Assembly (NCBI GenBank): GCA_002410925.1
Contig: DHPR01000012.1
Coordinates: 146,643-210,642, forward strand
DNA: 64,000 nucleotides
Direction of reading: 5' to 3'
Source of the DNA: a bacterium UBP13_UBA5359
Lineage (GTDB): Bacteria > UBP13 > UBA5359
This document shows, in pieces, positions 19,109 through 29,821 of this stretch; position 1 is the first letter of the stretch; each line of letters opens with the position of its first letter. Under the pieces are notes generated by a model. The model did not search any database and was not told the origin of the DNA. It saw nothing but the letters and a program-made list of their open reading frames with translations. The translations under genes were made by a program, and so were the position numbers.

Positions 19109-19765
19109 TCAATGCCTCTTAAGAACGGCCACTATCTCATTCAGCTTTTTATCTTCCGCCGCGCGCAGAGGTGTTTCCCCAAGAATATTTCTGGCGTTCA
19201 CATCGGCACCCTTGCTCAGAAGAAGCTCCACAGTCTCCTTGTAACCGAATCTGGCTGCAGCATGAAGCGGAGTTTCGCCACTCTTACTCTTACAATTTAT
19301 ATTTGCGCCTCTATTTAACAGAAGCATTACCGTTTCTTTCCGCCCCAAGCAAGCAGCCCAGTAAAGCGACGTCTCGCCATAATTGTTATAGGCTTTGACA
19401 TATGCTCCCTTATCTATAAGCATTTCACAAATATGCTCATGTCCTACCTGCGCAGCCATATGCAGAGGAGTCCATCCGTCTTTAGTCTGTGCATTAACAT
19501 TGGCGCCTGCCTCTATCAGCATAGCAACGATCTTTCTATCGCCATTGGCGGCTGCAAAATGGAGAGGTGTTTCCCCCTCCCCGTTTCTAGCATAAACCAG
19601 CTCTTTATCAGCGCGCAATAATCTGGCGACTCTCGATCTGCCGGTATGTTTGACAGCGTCGAATAATCCCTCGGCGGTAGGAGGTTCCGGCGGCTTGCCG
19701 CAACCGGTAAAACACATCACCAACAGGCACAATAACAGAAAAGAAGAAATCCTTCGTCCAAACAA
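19109..19765 (-). CDS. Ankyrin-repeat lipoprotein
   Basis: Lipobox FTGC; about five G.TPLH.AA..G repeats. Confidence 0.88.
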   Translation of the reverse strand: MFGRRISSFLLLCLLVMCFTGCGKPPEPPTAEGLFDAVKHTGRSRVARLLRADKELVYARNGEGETPLHFAAANGDRKIVAMLIEAGANVNAQTKDGWTPLHMAAQVGHEHICEMLIDKGAYVKAYNNYGETSLYWAACLGRKETVMLLLNRGANINCKSKSGETPLHAAARFGYKETVELLLSKGADVNARNILGETPLRAAEDKKLNEIVAVLKRH

Positions 19766-19845
19766 GACGAACCCTCCCTCCTAATGCGCTCGCACAATAT
19801 TATATCTCATAATAAGCATTCTTTATACTCTGCTAAAACCGCTCT

Positions 19846-21075
19846 CTATGGAGTAACCGTCATCACTTTCCTGGCTATTTCAGGGTATTTGGCAATGAAG
19901 CGCAGTTCCGAGTCCGTCAGCGGCTTCTGCGTATGGACATTGGCATAGCGAGCCAACTCCAGGATATTAGCAGCTTCTTCATCATTCCGAAATTCTATCT
20001 CCAGCTTCTCATAGACGTTACGGAAACCCTTAATGCCACCATATTCACCCACGGTAATCATACGGCCGGTCTCTATTATCTCCGGTTCTCCCCGTCCCAA
20101 TTCCTCAAAATCAAAGAGCTCGTAATTACGGCGGTCCTTCAATGCACCATCAGCGTGAATGCCCGATTCATGGGCAAAGGCGTTAGCTCCTACAGCTACC
20201 TGATTTATTGGAATCGGCACGCCAAAAGCATAGGAAGCATATTTAGCGATCTTCCAGGCATGTGAGAGATCTATTCTGGAATCCATCTCGTATTTATCCT
20301 TGCAATAGTTACCGTACTTCAGGGCAACAATAACAGCTACCAGATCTGCATTACCAGCCCTCTCTCCCATACCGTTGACCGTAGTATTGATATAAGCATC
20401 CACTCCGGCATCAATAGCTCCCTTGGCTCCGGCAACAGAGCAGGCTACCCCCATACCCAGGTCATTATGGCAATGCAATTCGATGGGTATCTGCACCTCC
20501 TGCGCCAGGAGCTTTATCTTATCGTAAATGCTGAAAGGCGAATCGCACCCCAGCGTATCGCAGTAGCGGATACGATCTGCTCCAGCCTCACGAGCAGCCA
20601 GAGCAAACCGAATCAGAAATTCGTCATCTGTACGGGAAGCATCCTCCGCATTGACGCCGATACTCTTAGCCCCTTTAGCTCGAGCGACCTGAACCGCAGC
20701 AACCATCTTATCTATAACATCCTGCCTGGTCATACGCCCTTGGAACTTGCCTACAGTCATCTGTTCCGAAGTGGAGATAGAGAGATTGAGATGCTCTATA
20801 TCCGTACGACGAAACGCTTCTTCTACATCCGGCACTATAGCCCGTACCCAGCCCTCCAGCCTGATTGGCGCTAATGCGCCTTTGCGAGCCAATTCCAAAT
20901 TGGCATTTATATAATTAGTCTCATGATTGGTAGTAGGAAATCCAAACTCACTCTGAAATATTCCCATATCGTTAAGATACATATTCAATAATGTTTTCTG
21001 CAGCTTGGCCAACCCCAGACGAGATGTCTGAACACCATCCCTGTTGGTTACATCAATAAAATAAATCTTCGGCAT
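19846..21075 (-). CDS. DRE-TIM metallolyase (homocitrate synthase / Re-citrate synthase-like)
   Basis: DVTNRDGVQ, EDASR, HCHNDLG, NGMGERAGNA, AFAHESGIH; no LeuA regulatory domain. Confidence 0.85.
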   Translation of the reverse strand: MPKIYFIDVTNRDGVQTSRLGLAKLQKTLLNMYLNDMGIFQSEFGFPTTNHETNYINANLELARKGALAPIRLEGWVRAIVPDVEEAFRRTDIEHLNLSISTSEQMTVGKFQGRMTRQDVIDKMVAAVQVARAKGAKSIGVNAEDASRTDDEFLIRFALAAREAGADRIRYCDTLGCDSPFSIYDKIKLLAQEVQIPIELHCHNDLGMGVACSVAGAKGAIDAGVDAYINTTVNGMGERAGNADLVAVIVALKYGNYCKDKYEMDSRIDLSHAWKIAKYASYAFGVPIPINQVAVGANAFAHESGIHADGALKDRRNYELFDFEELGRGEPEIIETGRMITVGEYGGIKGFRNVYEKLEIEFRNDEEAANILELARYANVHTQKPLTDSELRFIAKYPEIARKVMTVTP

Positions 21076-21160
21076 ATCTATAGTCCTCCTGTAATTAGCT
21101 ATTCGGGCAGATTGCTTTCTTTGCCTTTATGTTCTTTCGTTCCCCTAAATAGCTAAGCTC

Positions 21161-22354
21161 CTAAACCCTTAGCCGCTTAATTGCCCCGGCTATCCGTCTT
21201 AATCCTTCCTCGATATTATCCATGGAGGTTGCATAGGAGAGCCTGATGCCATTATCGGCTCCGAAAGCTGAGCCGGGCACAACCGCTACGCCGGCATTCT
21301 CCAATAAATACTCAGCCAGGTCCGAAGAAGATTTTATCGTTCTGTCGCCATAGCCTTTTCCAAATAATCCGGATATATTCGGAAAGACATAAAAGGCACC
21401 GGCCGGCTTAAGGCATTCTATCCCTTCAATAGAATTCAATGCATCCACTATATAATTTCTTCTGCATCGAAAGCTCTCTATCATTCTAGTACTGGGCTCT
21501 TCAGCCAAAGCCGCCAGGCCGGCCATCTGCGAGATAGAGGAGGGATTGGACGTCGTCTGGCTCTGCAAATCAGCCATGGCAACGGCTATTTCCGTTTCGG
21601 CAGCAGCATAGCCTATACGCCAGCCTGTCATGCTGTAGCTTTTGGACAAACCGTTGATAACAATAGTCAAGCGTTTGATCGCCGTGCCTAAAGAGGCGAT
21701 GCTGATATGTTCCCCATCATAAATGAGCTTCTCATAAATTTCATCGGAAATGCAGAGTATATCACGCCGCACTATGACCTCAGCCAGAGCCTCAAGCTCC
21801 AAGGAATCATAGACTGCCCCCGTCGGATTCGCAGGGCTGTTTATGATCACCGCTTTGGTCCTGGAGCTTATTGCGGCGTCAAGTTGTTTCGGCGATATTT
21901 TAAACTCCTGCGAAGCATCCGTATTCACTATTACCGGTACTCCGCCACATAGCTTTATCTGTTCGCCGTAACTGACCCAGTAAGGAGCGGGAACAATAAC
22001 CTCGTCGCCATCATCGATCAGCACTTGCATAGCATTATAGAGAGAATGTTTGGCTCCGTTGGATACCACTATCTGTGATGGTTCATACTCCAGGCCATCA
22101 TCCTTCTGCAGCTTCTTGCAGATACTCTTTCGTAAATCCAGGGTTCCGGCAGCAGGCGTATATTTGGTAAAGCCTTCCTCTATGGCTTTGATGCCTGCGT
22201 GTTTAATATGTTGAGGCGTATCGAAGTCAGGTTCGCCGGCACCAAAACCAATAATATCTATGCCGTCGGCTTTCATCTGTTTAGCTTTAGCATCTATAAT
22301 CATAGTCGGTGATGGGCTTAAATTTACGGCCCGTTGCGATAAAAACATTTCCAT
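21161..22354 (-). CDS. aspC: Class I PLP-dependent (aspartate) aminotransferase
   Basis: GEPDF, NPTG, DEIY, SKSYSMTGWRIG, RLSYA. Confidence 0.88.
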   Translation of the reverse strand: MEMFLSQRAVNLSPSPTMIIDAKAKQMKADGIDIIGFGAGEPDFDTPQHIKHAGIKAIEEGFTKYTPAAGTLDLRKSICKKLQKDDGLEYEPSQIVVSNGAKHSLYNAMQVLIDDGDEVIVPAPYWVSYGEQIKLCGGVPVIVNTDASQEFKISPKQLDAAISSRTKAVIINSPANPTGAVYDSLELEALAEVIVRRDILCISDEIYEKLIYDGEHISIASLGTAIKRLTIVINGLSKSYSMTGWRIGYAAAETEIAVAMADLQSQTTSNPSSISQMAGLAALAEEPSTRMIESFRCRRNYIVDALNSIEGIECLKPAGAFYVFPNISGLFGKGYGDRTIKSSSDLAEYLLENAGVAVVPGSAFGADNGIRLSYATSMDNIEEGLRRIAGAIKRLRV

Positions 22355-22404
22355 ACAAGCCTCTCCTATCTCGAATTCAAAATATAAAACTACATTTATT
22401 GCTA

Positions 22405-22938
22405 TTATACAGGCTCAAGCAAGATCAGCGGCTGCCCGCTCTTTACCAATTCCCCATTGTCAACAATTACCTGCACTACTCTTGCTCGAACATCGGCCGT
22501 CAACTCATTAAATATCTTCATAGCCTCCAGCAAACAGACAGTATCGCCCGGATTAACTATATCTTCAGGCATGATAAATGGAGGCTCTTCAGGCGATGGA
22601 GCAGAGTAGAAAACACCGGTCATGGGAGCGGTGATCTCCAATAAATTCTCTTCCATATGTTCGGTAGGCTCAACCTTTTCGCCAGCAGCCGAACGTATTA
22701 CCGGCTTTCCCTCTGCAGGTGGACGATTCATCATTCCAGGATAGAGAACCGCTCTGCGCCGGGCAAGGCGTATGATCCTGTTATCCTGTTTAAGCTCGAT
22801 CTCGGACAGATCACTCTCGGCCAGCAACTCAGCCAATTGACTGACCTGCTCCCAGGTCTTCACTGCCGGTAAATCTGATGCAGACCGGCTTTCATCCAGC
22901 AAACGCTCTTCGTTCCGATGTTCATTTATATCGTTCAC
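22405..22938 (-). CDS. accB: Biotin carboxyl carrier protein
   Basis: APMTGVFY...EAMKIFNE biotinylation motif; GTG 22938 follows GGAGGGG. Confidence 0.88.
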   Translation of the reverse strand: MNDINEHRNEERLLDESRSASDLPAVKTWEQVSQLAELLAESDLSEIELKQDNRIIRLARRRAVLYPGMMNRPPAEGKPVIRSAAGEKVEPTEHMEENLLEITAPMTGVFYSAPSPEEPPFIMPEDIVNPGDTVCLLEAMKIFNELTADVRARVVQVIVDNGELVKSGQPLILLEPV

Positions 22939-22973
22939 AATCCCCTCCAACAACCCAAATAGCCGTTGAATAT

Positions 22974-23010
22974 AAAAAAACCTTCATCCGCAGTCGGCAG
23001 GGATGAAGGT
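22974..23010 (-). terminator. Intrinsic terminator after the FmdB-like gene
   Basis: 10-bp stem ACCTTCATCC / GGATGAAGGT with a T-run on the minus strand. Confidence 0.75.
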
Positions 23011-23036
23011 CCAGCAGTCATTGCGGCAGACAATGA

Positions 23037-23309
23037 CTACTGGTTCCCGTTTTTAGCTTTACAGCAACCATCACACGCAGGGCCGGAGCCTCCGCCCGGG
23101 CAGGCAGCTTCCAAAGAGCCTTTTTTTTCGCTCTTACGGTTATCTGTAACATAAAAACCTGATCCCTTAAAAACTACGCCCACAGGAAAGAACTTACGCT
23201 GAATCGGCCCGGAACAGATTTCGCACGTCTTCAGTGGTTCATCGGTCATCTTCTGAAAAACCTCAAATTCGTGACCGCATTCGCTGCATCGGTAGCCGTA
23301 CGTCGGCAT
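23037..23309 (-). CDS. FmdB-family zinc-ribbon protein
   Basis: MPTYGYRCSECG...CEICSG...FKGSGFYVTD. Confidence 0.9.
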   Translation of the reverse strand: MPTYGYRCSECGHEFEVFQKMTDEPLKTCEICSGPIQRKFFPVGVVFKGSGFYVTDNRKSEKKGSLEAACPGGGSGPACDGCCKAKNGNQ

Positions 23310-23358
23310 CGATGATCCCTCCTCGTGTACTTTTCATACTTATTATTATATGTAAGGT

Positions 23359-23387
23359 ATTATATGTAGAGGCCTCTCTCCTGTCAA
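23359..23387 (-). promoter_or_regulatory. Perfect-consensus SigA promoter
   Basis: Minus strand TTGACA-17 nt-TATAAT. Confidence 0.85.
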
Positions 23388-23443
23388 GCTGCGGTCTTAA
23401 CACCCCTTCTTAACATCTGAATTACCTAACTTTAATAAAGGTA

Positions 23444-23472
23444 TTGACAACATGCTTGCGATTGCCTATTAT
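23444..23472 (+). promoter_or_regulatory. SigA promoter of groESL
   Basis: TTGACA-17 nt-TATTAT. Confidence 0.85.
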
Positions 23473-23480
23473 ATGATTTG

Positions 23481-23507
23481 TTAGCACTCCTAACGTGTGA
23501 GTGCTAA
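23481..23507 (+). promoter_or_regulatory. CIRCE element (HrcA operator)
   Basis: Perfect TTAGCACTC-N9-GAGTGCTAA. Confidence 0.97.
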
Positions 23508-23558
23508 ACATTCAAAATATCAATATTGACTAAAGAAAGTGAGAGGAGGGATTAAGTA

Positions 23559-23843
23559 ATGTTAAAGCCTTTAGGAGATCGTGTAGTCGTAAAGGTGGCC
23601 AGCGAAGAGGAAAAGACCGCCGGTGGTATTTATCTGCCGGATACGGCTAAGGAGAAGCCCCAGAAGGGCGAGATTATAGCCGTAGGCCCTGGCAAGATGC
23701 TGGAAAACGGACAGCGAGCAGCCATGCAGGTCAAGCAAGGTGATAAGGTCGTTTTTTCCAAGTATGGCGGCACCGAGGTCAAAGTGGGCGGCGAGGAGTT
23801 TATGCTCCTTCGCGAAGATGATATCTACGCCATTGAGGAGTAG
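23559..23843 (+). CDS. groES: Co-chaperonin GroES
   Basis: [32 protein letters not shown]. Confidence 0.98.
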   Translation: MLKPLGDRVVVKVASEEEKTAGGIYLPDTAKEKPQKGEIIAVGPGKMLENGQRAAMQVKQGDKVVFSKYGGTEVKVGGEEFMLLREDDIYAIEE

Positions 23844-23853
23844 ATAAAACTGA

Positions 23854-25500
<1,647 letters not shown>

Positions 25501-25522
25501 GAGTAATAAAGCACTAAAGAAG

Positions 25523-25560
25523 AAATAACGAGAGGAGGCATTGGCCTCCTCTCGTTATTT
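25523..25560. terminator. Bidirectional terminator after groEL
   Basis: 17-bp perfect inverted repeat AAATAACGAGAGGAGGC / GCCTCCTCTCGTTATTT. Confidence 0.85.
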
Positions 25561-26393
25561 CAATAAGATGTCTCTTTTATCTTCCTCACCAGTTGCATAT
25601 TCGGCTTGAAGGGTGACGCCACCTGCTCAACAACCTCCGGCAGGTCATTGATTCCGGCAAAAGGAGTCTCCCGCAAACTGAGATTATAAGCCTTGACCAT
25701 TAGCTTCTCGAGATTGAGCACATCTTCAATATTATAGGCCAGCAAGGTTTCCAAAGCTTCCGGGCAATGATTACAACAATATTCACGCCACAGAAGCACA
25801 GCAAAATATCCATCGATGCCGTCCAGGTTCCCTCGATCGATACCCATTTGCCTCTCACAGCCTTTAAGGCCGCCTTTGTATCCCAGCCCTCGCAAAAGAT
25901 AACGTAAATCTATATGCGGCTGCTGTAGAGAAACTCCCAATGTACGCTCTATGAAAGGGAAATCGAAGCTCTTACCATTGTAGGTTATCAGTAAATCGTA
26001 ATCAGTTATATCATCTTTAAATTTATCCAGATTTATACCGTGAATATAAAACTTGATCCGGCCCCCGCCATAGAGGGCTATGGTCGTGATGTGGTCACCC
26101 GGCTCTCCCAACCCGGTGGTTTCGATATCCAGATATACAGCCTTATGTCTGAACTCAGGAAAAAAACGCCAGTACAGCCGCGAAGAAAGTGCAGAGGCAA
26201 ACGGCCTTATATCTCCGGCATCCAGATACCTTCTGGAATCGCTTAAAGCCTCTTCGAGTCGAGATAATGGCAGCGGAACCTTTTCTGCCTCTGCTGCCGT
26301 TACATCTTCCCAGGCAAGGAGGCCGTGCTGCCAGAGACGGCGCTCGCCGGCCTCCCCTATCCCCGGTATATGTATGAAAGTACTGGTCAGCAT
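25560..26393 (-). CDS. RNase H-like (YprB/RNase_H_2) exonuclease with N-terminal HhH
   Basis: HIPGIG, YLDIETTG, TYNGKSFD, HIDL, YNIEDV (DEDDy pattern). Confidence 0.85.
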   Translation of the reverse strand: MLTSTFIHIPGIGEAGERRLWQHGLLAWEDVTAAEAEKVPLPLSRLEEALSDSRRYLDAGDIRPFASALSSRLYWRFFPEFRHKAVYLDIETTGLGEPGDHITTIALYGGGRIKFYIHGINLDKFKDDITDYDLLITYNGKSFDFPFIERTLGVSLQQPHIDLRYLLRGLGYKGGLKGCERQMGIDRGNLDGIDGYFAVLLWREYCCNHCPEALETLLAYNIEDVLNLEKLMVKAYNLSLRETPFAGINDLPEVVEQVASPFKPNMQLVRKIKETSY

Positions 26394-26451
26394 AGAGGCA
26401 GTATATCAAAAGGCATCTCGGATGGCCAGAGTATTTCCTTGCTCAAATGGC

Positions 26452-27657
26452 CTATATCCAGCCCCGCTCACGCATAGAGCAGATCAATTCCTCTACTGCA
26501 ATAATCTGCGCAGCCGTCCGATTATCTACTTTAAAGCGCTCGCTGCACTCACGCATCTGATTGAAAGCCAAGCCTATGCGGTCATCTATAGTATGATACG
26601 TTTCCGCAGCCTCCGTAATGCTACCGCTTTTGGCCTTGCGCCATTCAACGTAAGAAGCCACCACACCGCCGCTGTTGGCCAGAATATCCGGTATTATCAC
26701 TACCCCATTTTCATTAAGGATATCATCAGCCTCTGCCGTGGTCGGGCCGTTGGCTCCTTCCACGATCATTTTAGCTTTGATATCGGCAGCATTACCGACA
26801 TGAATCACATTTTCCAATGCACAGGGGCAGAGAAGATCGACATCAAGCAGAAGCAAGTCTTCATTGGTAATGGCTTCCCCTTTGCCATATCCGGCCAAAC
26901 TGCCGTTCAAACGAGCATACTCGAACATCTCGGCGACATCCAAACCCTTTTCATTATAAAATCCTCCAGTAACATCCGAAACAGCTTGTACCCTGCAACC
27001 ATATTTCTGGAGAAAGAGAGCTGTGTAACTGCCTACATTGCCAAAACCCTGCACGGCAACCGTTGTTCTCTCAGGTACCTGGCGTAAAATTTCCTGCAAT
27101 CCCATGATGGATACAAAGGCTATGCCATGCCCTGTAGCCTCACGGCGACCTGGCAATCCCCCTACCCGCGGCGGCTTGCCGGTAATACTCTCCGGCATGC
27201 GCGTTTCGCCATAAATAACAGCCATATCAAAGGGTGTCGTACCCATATCCGGTGCCGGTACATAAGCGCCGCTACGCAACTCCCACTCTATCATACGCAC
27301 GAATTCCTTGAGTACCGCCGTCTTTTGGAAACGTGTGAGCTTTGTCGGATCCAGGCATATACCGCTCTTGCCCCCGCCGAAGGGTATCCCTGCTAAGGCT
27401 GTCTTCCAGACCATTCTTTCCGCTAAATCTCTAGTTTCATCAAGTGTCACCTGCGGAGAGAAGCGGATCCCCCCTTTGGCCGGGCCACGAGCAGTGTTAT
27501 GGTAAACGACATAACAGTCTCCCTCAATTACCGTATTTTCATCCAGCACAATGGTCAGATTGAAGCAGATCTCCTTTTCCCTCGTTGCCAAAAGTCTTTC
27601 GGCTGTTTCAGGTATCTTGATACAGTGCCTGAGCTTCTCAAAATCTATACTGGACAT
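26452..27657 (-). CDS. Glu/Leu/Phe/Val dehydrogenase (glutamate dehydrogenase-like)
   Basis: GPAKGGIRF, GGGKSG, PAPDMGT, QGFGNVG, EGANGP. Confidence 0.92.
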   Translation of the reverse strand: MSSIDFEKLRHCIKIPETAERLLATREKEICFNLTIVLDENTVIEGDCYVVYHNTARGPAKGGIRFSPQVTLDETRDLAERMVWKTALAGIPFGGGKSGICLDPTKLTRFQKTAVLKEFVRMIEWELRSGAYVPAPDMGTTPFDMAVIYGETRMPESITGKPPRVGGLPGRREATGHGIAFVSIMGLQEILRQVPERTTVAVQGFGNVGSYTALFLQKYGCRVQAVSDVTGGFYNEKGLDVAEMFEYARLNGSLAGYGKGEAITNEDLLLLDVDLLCPCALENVIHVGNAADIKAKMIVEGANGPTTAEADDILNENGVVIIPDILANSGGVVASYVEWRKAKSGSITEAAETYHTIDDRIGLAFNQMRECSERFKVDNRTAAQIIAVEELICSMRERGWI

Positions 27658-27756
27658 CTCTGTCTCCCTCCCTTGTATTATTTTATGCCCGTAGTATTAT
27701 AGCACAACATTAATATCTCTTCCTAGTTTTTTTATGATATTCGTAAAAGCATATAG

Positions 27757-27788
27757 AAAGGGCTCCTGCGTTGCCGCGGAAGCCCTTT
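27757..27788 (-). terminator. Probable terminator after the ABC permeases
   Basis: AAAGGGCT...AGCCCTTT imperfect hairpin. Confidence 0.55.
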
Positions 27789-27835
27789 GATAAGCACTCA
27801 TAATCGGTACATAATCAATCGATAAGCTATGTTTC

Positions 27836-28762
27836 TCAGCCCTTGACGGCGCCGAGTTGTATACCTTTGACGAAGAAGCGCTGGTTGAAGATGAAGACTA
27901 TCAACACCGGCAGCAGAACAATAATTGATCCGGCCATAAGCAGCGTCCAGTCTGTGGTATAAAGCCCCTGGAAAGATGCCAGGCCAACGGGCAACGTTTT
28001 CAACTCCATGGAGTTGATAACAATTAACGGCCACATAAAGCTGTTCCATGATCCCATAAAGGTGAAAGTAGTCAACGTAGCCAGAGCCGGCAAGGATAGA
28101 GGCAGAATCACTCGATAGTATATTCCAAAGAGACTGCAGCCGTCTATCTTGGCCGCATCCTCCAGATCCCTGGGCAAGCCCATGAAAAACTGCCGCAGCA
28201 TGAAGGTGCCGTAAGCGCTGAATATGCCCGGCACTATCAGAGCCCAGTAGGTATCTATCCAGCCGATGGTTTTAAGTAGAATAAATACCGGTATCATGGT
28301 TACGGAACCGGGAATCATCATCGTGGCCAGATAGCAAAGAAAGAGCTTGTCACGGCCGGGGAAATGCAACCTGGCGAAAGAATAAGCTGCCAGAGAGCTG
28401 GTAAAGACCTGGCCAAAGGTTACGCATACAGCCACAAAAATACTGTTGAGATAGAACCGCCCAAAGGGAACGGCCTTCCAAGCTCTGGCGTAGTTCTCCC
28501 ACATCATCGGCTTGGGTATCCACTGCGGCGGAAAGGTAAACACTGCCCCCGGCTCTTTAAGCGAGGTGGATAACATCCATAGGAAGGGAATAATCATGGA
28601 TACGCCACCGATTATTAGAACCAGATGAGTAATAGTCTTTAAAAATCTTTCCCTGGCAAGCTTTCGCTTGCGGGAGCGTATATAAGCATCGCTATTAGCC
28701 CTTACCGGCGCTCTGTTTATAACCTGTGCCTCATTGTTTTGCATACTGCTCATATTCTTCAC
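27836..28762 (-). CDS. Carbohydrate ABC transporter permease (MalG-like)
   Basis: TM helices; LEDAAKIDG EAA motif. Confidence 0.93.
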   Translation of the reverse strand: MKNMSSMQNNEAQVINRAPVRANSDAYIRSRKRKLARERFLKTITHLVLIIGGVSMIIPFLWMLSTSLKEPGAVFTFPPQWIPKPMMWENYARAWKAVPFGRFYLNSIFVAVCVTFGQVFTSSLAAYSFARLHFPGRDKLFLCYLATMMIPGSVTMIPVFILLKTIGWIDTYWALIVPGIFSAYGTFMLRQFFMGLPRDLEDAAKIDGCSLFGIYYRVILPLSLPALATLTTFTFMGSWNSFMWPLIVINSMELKTLPVGLASFQGLYTTDWTLLMAGSIIVLLPVLIVFIFNQRFFVKGIQLGAVKG

Positions 28763-28791
28763 CCTTTAATATATAAGCTTTAATAAGACGA

Positions 28792-29685
28792 TCAATTATA
28801 CTGCACCAGCTTACCGCCAAAGCGCCAATTGAACAAAGTGATCAACAGGACCACTATGAACAGCACCCAGGCTATAGAAGCTGCATAGCCCATCTTGAAC
28901 CATTGGTAAGCATTATTATATATATAGTACTCTATAGTAGTCGTGGAACCGGCCGGACCGCCGCCGGTCATGATGAAAGCAGACATAAAGCCGCCCTGAA
29001 AGCCGCTGATTACCGCCATAATGCCGATAAAGAAGGTCGTGGGCGATAGATACGGTAAGGTAATAGCTTTGAACTTCTGCCAGGCATTGGCCCCATCTAT
29101 CTCCGCCGCTTCATAGAGCTCCGGCGGCACACCCTGCAGAGCTGCCAAATAAAGAATCATATTCATGCCGCCGACAGCGCCCCATAGCCCCATTAACATC
29201 AAAGCAGGCTTGGCCCAGGCGGTGCTGGAAAGCCAATCCGGCCCCTGTATGCCGACCTGAGACAGCATCGTATTGATAAGACCAAAATCAGGGTTGTAGA
29301 GCCAGCGCCATAACAAACAGATGGCAACACCGGAGCAGACGCTGGGAAGAAAGTAGATGGTACGATAAATAACTATGCCGCGCAGCTTCTGGTTCATCAG
29401 CAAGGCTACCAGCAAGGCACCTATCATGCAGAGCGGAATATTGGCCATCAGATAGACTGTGTTGCCGACATATTGCCAGAAGAGCTTGTCGTGAAAAAGG
29501 TTGATGAAGTTGGTTATTCCGACAAATTTGGGCGGAGTCAGAATATCCCAATCCATAAAACTCAACACCAGCGATGCCAGAACAGGCAACGATGTGAAGA
29601 GCAGAAAGCCCAAAAAGTTGGGCAGAAGGAATACATACCCTGCTACCGATTCGTTGGAAGCCAACCTGCTGAAGAAACGCTTCAT
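28792..29685 (-). CDS. Carbohydrate ABC transporter permease (MalF-like)
   Basis: LYEAAEIDGA motif, TGGGP; ATG 29685 follows GAGGA. Confidence 0.93.
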   Translation of the reverse strand: MKRFFSRLASNESVAGYVFLLPNFLGFLLFTSLPVLASLVLSFMDWDILTPPKFVGITNFINLFHDKLFWQYVGNTVYLMANIPLCMIGALLVALLMNQKLRGIVIYRTIYFLPSVCSGVAICLLWRWLYNPDFGLINTMLSQVGIQGPDWLSSTAWAKPALMLMGLWGAVGGMNMILYLAALQGVPPELYEAAEIDGANAWQKFKAITLPYLSPTTFFIGIMAVISGFQGGFMSAFIMTGGGPAGSTTTIEYYIYNNAYQWFKMGYAASIAWVLFIVVLLITLFNWRFGGKLVQYN

Positions 29686-29755
29686 AAGACAGATCCTCGC
29701 CTTCAAAGAAAAGAATTCAAGCAAAAAACGCCGCAAAGCGGTTAACCTTAAAAGT

Positions 29756-29783
29756 ATTCTCTCTCAACGGCCAAAAATCCTGC
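29756..29783 (-). promoter_or_regulatory. SigH-like promoter of the permease pair
   Basis: Minus strand GCAGGATTT-N12-AGAGAAT. Confidence 0.55.
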
Positions 29784-29821
29784 TTGTTACCCGAATTTCA
29801 TTCATATAAAAATGCACAGTA

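Noticed and set aside
26080-27087. 335-aa plus-strand ORF
   Set aside because: Antisense shadow of the exonuclease and dehydrogenase genes; no motifs or RBS
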